Positions 61,142-64,000 of a stretch of DNA of 64,000 nucleotides are shown here, in pieces. Under the pieces are notes generated by a model. The model was not told where the DNA came from. It worked only from the letters and a program-made list of their open reading frames with translations, and did not search any database. Source of the stretch: Raillietiella orientalis (Eukaryota); the NCBI GenBank assembly GCA_036172245.1, contig JAYWIR010000025.1:620001-684000 (forward strand). Reading direction: 5' to 3'. A program made the position numbers and the translations under genes. The stretch's first letter is position 1; every line of letters begins with the position of its first letter.

Positions 61142-64000
61142 ATGGAGGTGACCGATAGTAATTTGCAAACTCTGTGTAGCTATTTACAGCAAACTTTGTC
61201 CCATGATGTTTCAATTAGGAGAGCAGGTTTGTCGGACTTTGTTTTCATTTAAAGTTGGTGGTTATGATATTATGTTTTGGAAGTCATAGGATGTCTATAT
61301 GCATATGTCTGCATACATATATATTCGCACATAGATTTTCCTACATTTGTTTACATTATATCTATATTTATTTCTCTGTATATAGTGTAAGTAGGATACT
61401 TTATGCATTTTTGTTGTTTATAGTTGAGGGAATTAAAACTACAGCATTTAACAGTGTTTTGAAAATCCGTCCATCTATCTCGTAAAGATTAATTTGTGCT
61501 TACAGTTTTAGTTCCTGTATCGGATTAGCATCTCAAAAACGTCAGTACTTCAGTGATTTCTGCAGATACAATCAGTATATGATTTTCAAAATGAAAAATC
61601 ATGTCAATAATAGTTGATAAAGATTTCGTTTGTGCTTAATTGCAAAATACATGGCGAGCTACATTTTTTTTTTTAATAACTGTTGTCTTTAAAAGTATCA
61701 CTTTTCCATAAGACTTTATAAATACTGCAACTTTTGACATCATGTCTTCCCCAAACTTTTGTGAATATTCTGTTTCCTTTCTCTTCGCTCTATAAGTAGT
61801 TCTATTTTGAGATGACAGACAAAGGAAAATACTTTATCCAATTCTTTCTTAAGGTGAATTCATTTGTTGTTTACAAATTCAATCCGTGGTTTTGATGAGA
61901 GTCTTTGCAAACTATTAGAACTTTCAAATTTCATGATGAAGGAGACTGTCTTTATGTGCATTTATTTTAATTTGTTCTAACATTAAATTGGCATTCTACC
62001 ACTAATGAATTGTTTTCAACTGATTACACGTTGACTGGAACTTTTTAATTTTAATGGGATTGGAGCCTTCTAATTCCCAGTTTTGCATAATTGCATATTT
62101 TTTAATTGGTACTTTGTAAGTGGTTTGTGTGTGTGTGTTTTTTGCTTAACTCACTGAGTTTACCCCAGAGCAGTAATTCCTTCAGTAATTTCAAAACATA
62201 ATAATTTTGTGACTTGGTCAGTAATTTGTTCTTATTACCATTCTATTTGTAAGCATTTAGTGCTGTAATAGGTTCAGCTTTCGAAAATGTTATAAATTTT
62301 TGCTGTTTGTCTTTGTATTGTCTACATTTTGTAGCTGTAAATGTACATTTTTTAGCCGAGAAGTTTTTGGAATCCATAGAACAAAGCAATACTTATTCAG
62401 TGCTTTTATTGAAAATTGCTAGCAATGCAAATTTACCTCAACATATTTGTATTTGTGCTGCAGTTACTCTTAAAAATTTTCTGAAAAGAAATTGGACTCC
62501 TGTAAGTTTTTCATGAGTGAATCAGTATTTATGGTTTAACAGACGTGTTCTCCTCCTTAAAGGATAGTGGCATTGAGATTATTAATCAAGATGACAAGAA
62601 AGTGATTAGAAAGCTTTTATTTGATTTAATGATGGATACTCCACCTTTAGTACAAAAGCAACTCAGTGAAGCCATCAGCATGATTGGAAAGTGTGATTTT
62701 CCCAAGCACTGGCCAGAATTAATGCCCTTAATTGTAGAGAAATTTTCATCAGGTTTATTAAATGTATTTTATTTTGACTTTTATTTTTGTGGTTTTTATA
62801 GGAAATTTCAATGTAATTAATGGTGTACTTCATATTGCCCATTCTTTATTTAAACGTTATCGTTATGAGTGCAAGTCCCAGGAGCTCTGGTCGGAAATCA
62901 AATTTGTTCTTGATAATTTTGCTAAGCCACTTTCGGATTTGCTAGTGGTTTGGATACCTCATTGTTATTGCAGGCATCTAATTCATGTGTGTAGCATACA
63001 ATGGAGTTACTGACTCAACATGCATCTGATGCAATGGTTCTGCATGTTCTGAGCAGCTCTCTCATTTTAATAGTGAAGATTTTTCATTCTCTTAATGTTC
63101 AGGATTTGCCTGAATTTTTCGAGGATCACATGGCCTTGTGGATGCCTCGTCTTTTGCAGTTGTTCTCTCTGGAAAATGCGCAATTAATTAGTGAAGTGAG
63201 TATTTTCCATGTATAATATTGAAACAGTATACCTTTAGAGTGAAGAGGAAGGTGGAAATTTAGAAAAGTTGAAATCTGAAATATGTGAAGTTGCAACTCT
63301 GTATGCTCTTCAGTATGAGGAAGAATTTGGTCCTTGGGTTCCACGTTTTGTAACTGCTGTTTGGAACATGCTGCTTCAGACTGGGAAAGAAGTTAAGTAT
63401 GATTTGGTGAGTAACTAAAAGGCACAATGGTATGCAAGAAGTTAACGTATTTTAGCTAGTGAGCAATGGAATTCAATTCTTAGTCTCAGTTTCTGCTAAA
63501 CCAGCATATCAACATCTGTTTAAAGATTCATCTGTGTTACAAAGTTTATGTGAGAAAATCATTATTCCCAACATAGAATTCCGAAGTTAGTTACGATTTT
63601 TTTATGGCCTTTTAATTATTCTTGTCATAGGTTGCGATCAGGAATTATTTGAAGATAATCCTGAAGAATACATTCGTCGTGATATGGAAGGTTCAGATGT
63701 AGAAACTCGACGTCGCTCATCATGTGATTTGGTGAAAGCTTTGTCACGACACAATGAGGCCCAAGTCACCTCAGTGTTTTCTTCCTATATTTTGGTCAGT
63801 TTAAGTATACTTTTGATAGCCATTTTTTATCTGTGCCCCAGACTATGTTGCAGCATTACAGTCAAAATCCACAGTCTCACTGGCAGGCCAAAAATGCGGC
63901 CTTGTATCTTGTGACTTCCCTAGCAGCCAAAGGACAGACTGCCCGGCATGGCATCACACAAATTAATCATCTAGTAAATTTGGATCAATTTTTTGTGGAA
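61142..64000 (+). CDS. CSE1L: Exportin-2 (CSE1L/CAS), 3'-partial: join(61142-61226,62356-62501,62563-62752,62802-62947,62995-63195,63239-63406,63456-63585,63631-63794,63842->64000)
   Basis: Spliced translation MEVTDSNLQTLCSYLQQTLSHDVSIRRAAEKFLESIE...AAVTLKNFLKRNW...QKQLSEAISMIGKCDFPKHWPELM...SLFKRYRYECKSQELWSEIKFVL...QDLPEFFEDHM...FEDNPEEYIRRDMEGSDVETRRRSSCDLVK...LVTSLAAKGQTARHGIT matches recalled CSE1L motifs. All introns GT-AG with consistent phases. Confidence 0.96.

Noticed and set aside
1..64000. CRISPR arrays, operons or other prokaryotic systems
   Set aside because: No repeat-spacer arrays seen; spliceosomal introns and metazoan genes show the DNA is eukaryotic.

Overview
Eukaryotic (metazoan, probably arthropod-like) genomic DNA with sharp GC-rich and AT-rich blocks. 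Firm features: (1) a complete spliced Serrate/Jagged-family Notch ligand gene on + (32162-39603; about 1017 aa; signal peptide, MNNL, DSL, reduced EGF array, VWC-like cysteine-rich domain, TM, C-terminal EIIV) with one GC-AG intron; (2) the 5' part of exportin-2/CSE1L on + (61142 to window end) with 43-61 nt introns after intron 1; (3) tRNA-Leu(AAG) on - (14123-14204); (4) a 31-nt U2 snRNA 5' fragment (26031-26061). Much of the intergenic DNA looks like heavily decayed L1/Tx1-type non-LTR retrotransposons. Two of these are diverged copies of one family sharing a covarying 3'UTR hairpin, and one copy starts just after the U2 fragment. Other notable items are an extended miR-92-complementary site in the short Serrate 3'UTR and a perfect 60-bp palindrome. 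Most ORFs in the supplied track are GC-rich artefacts. All alignments and motif comparisons were done by eye from recalled sequences; no database searches were run.
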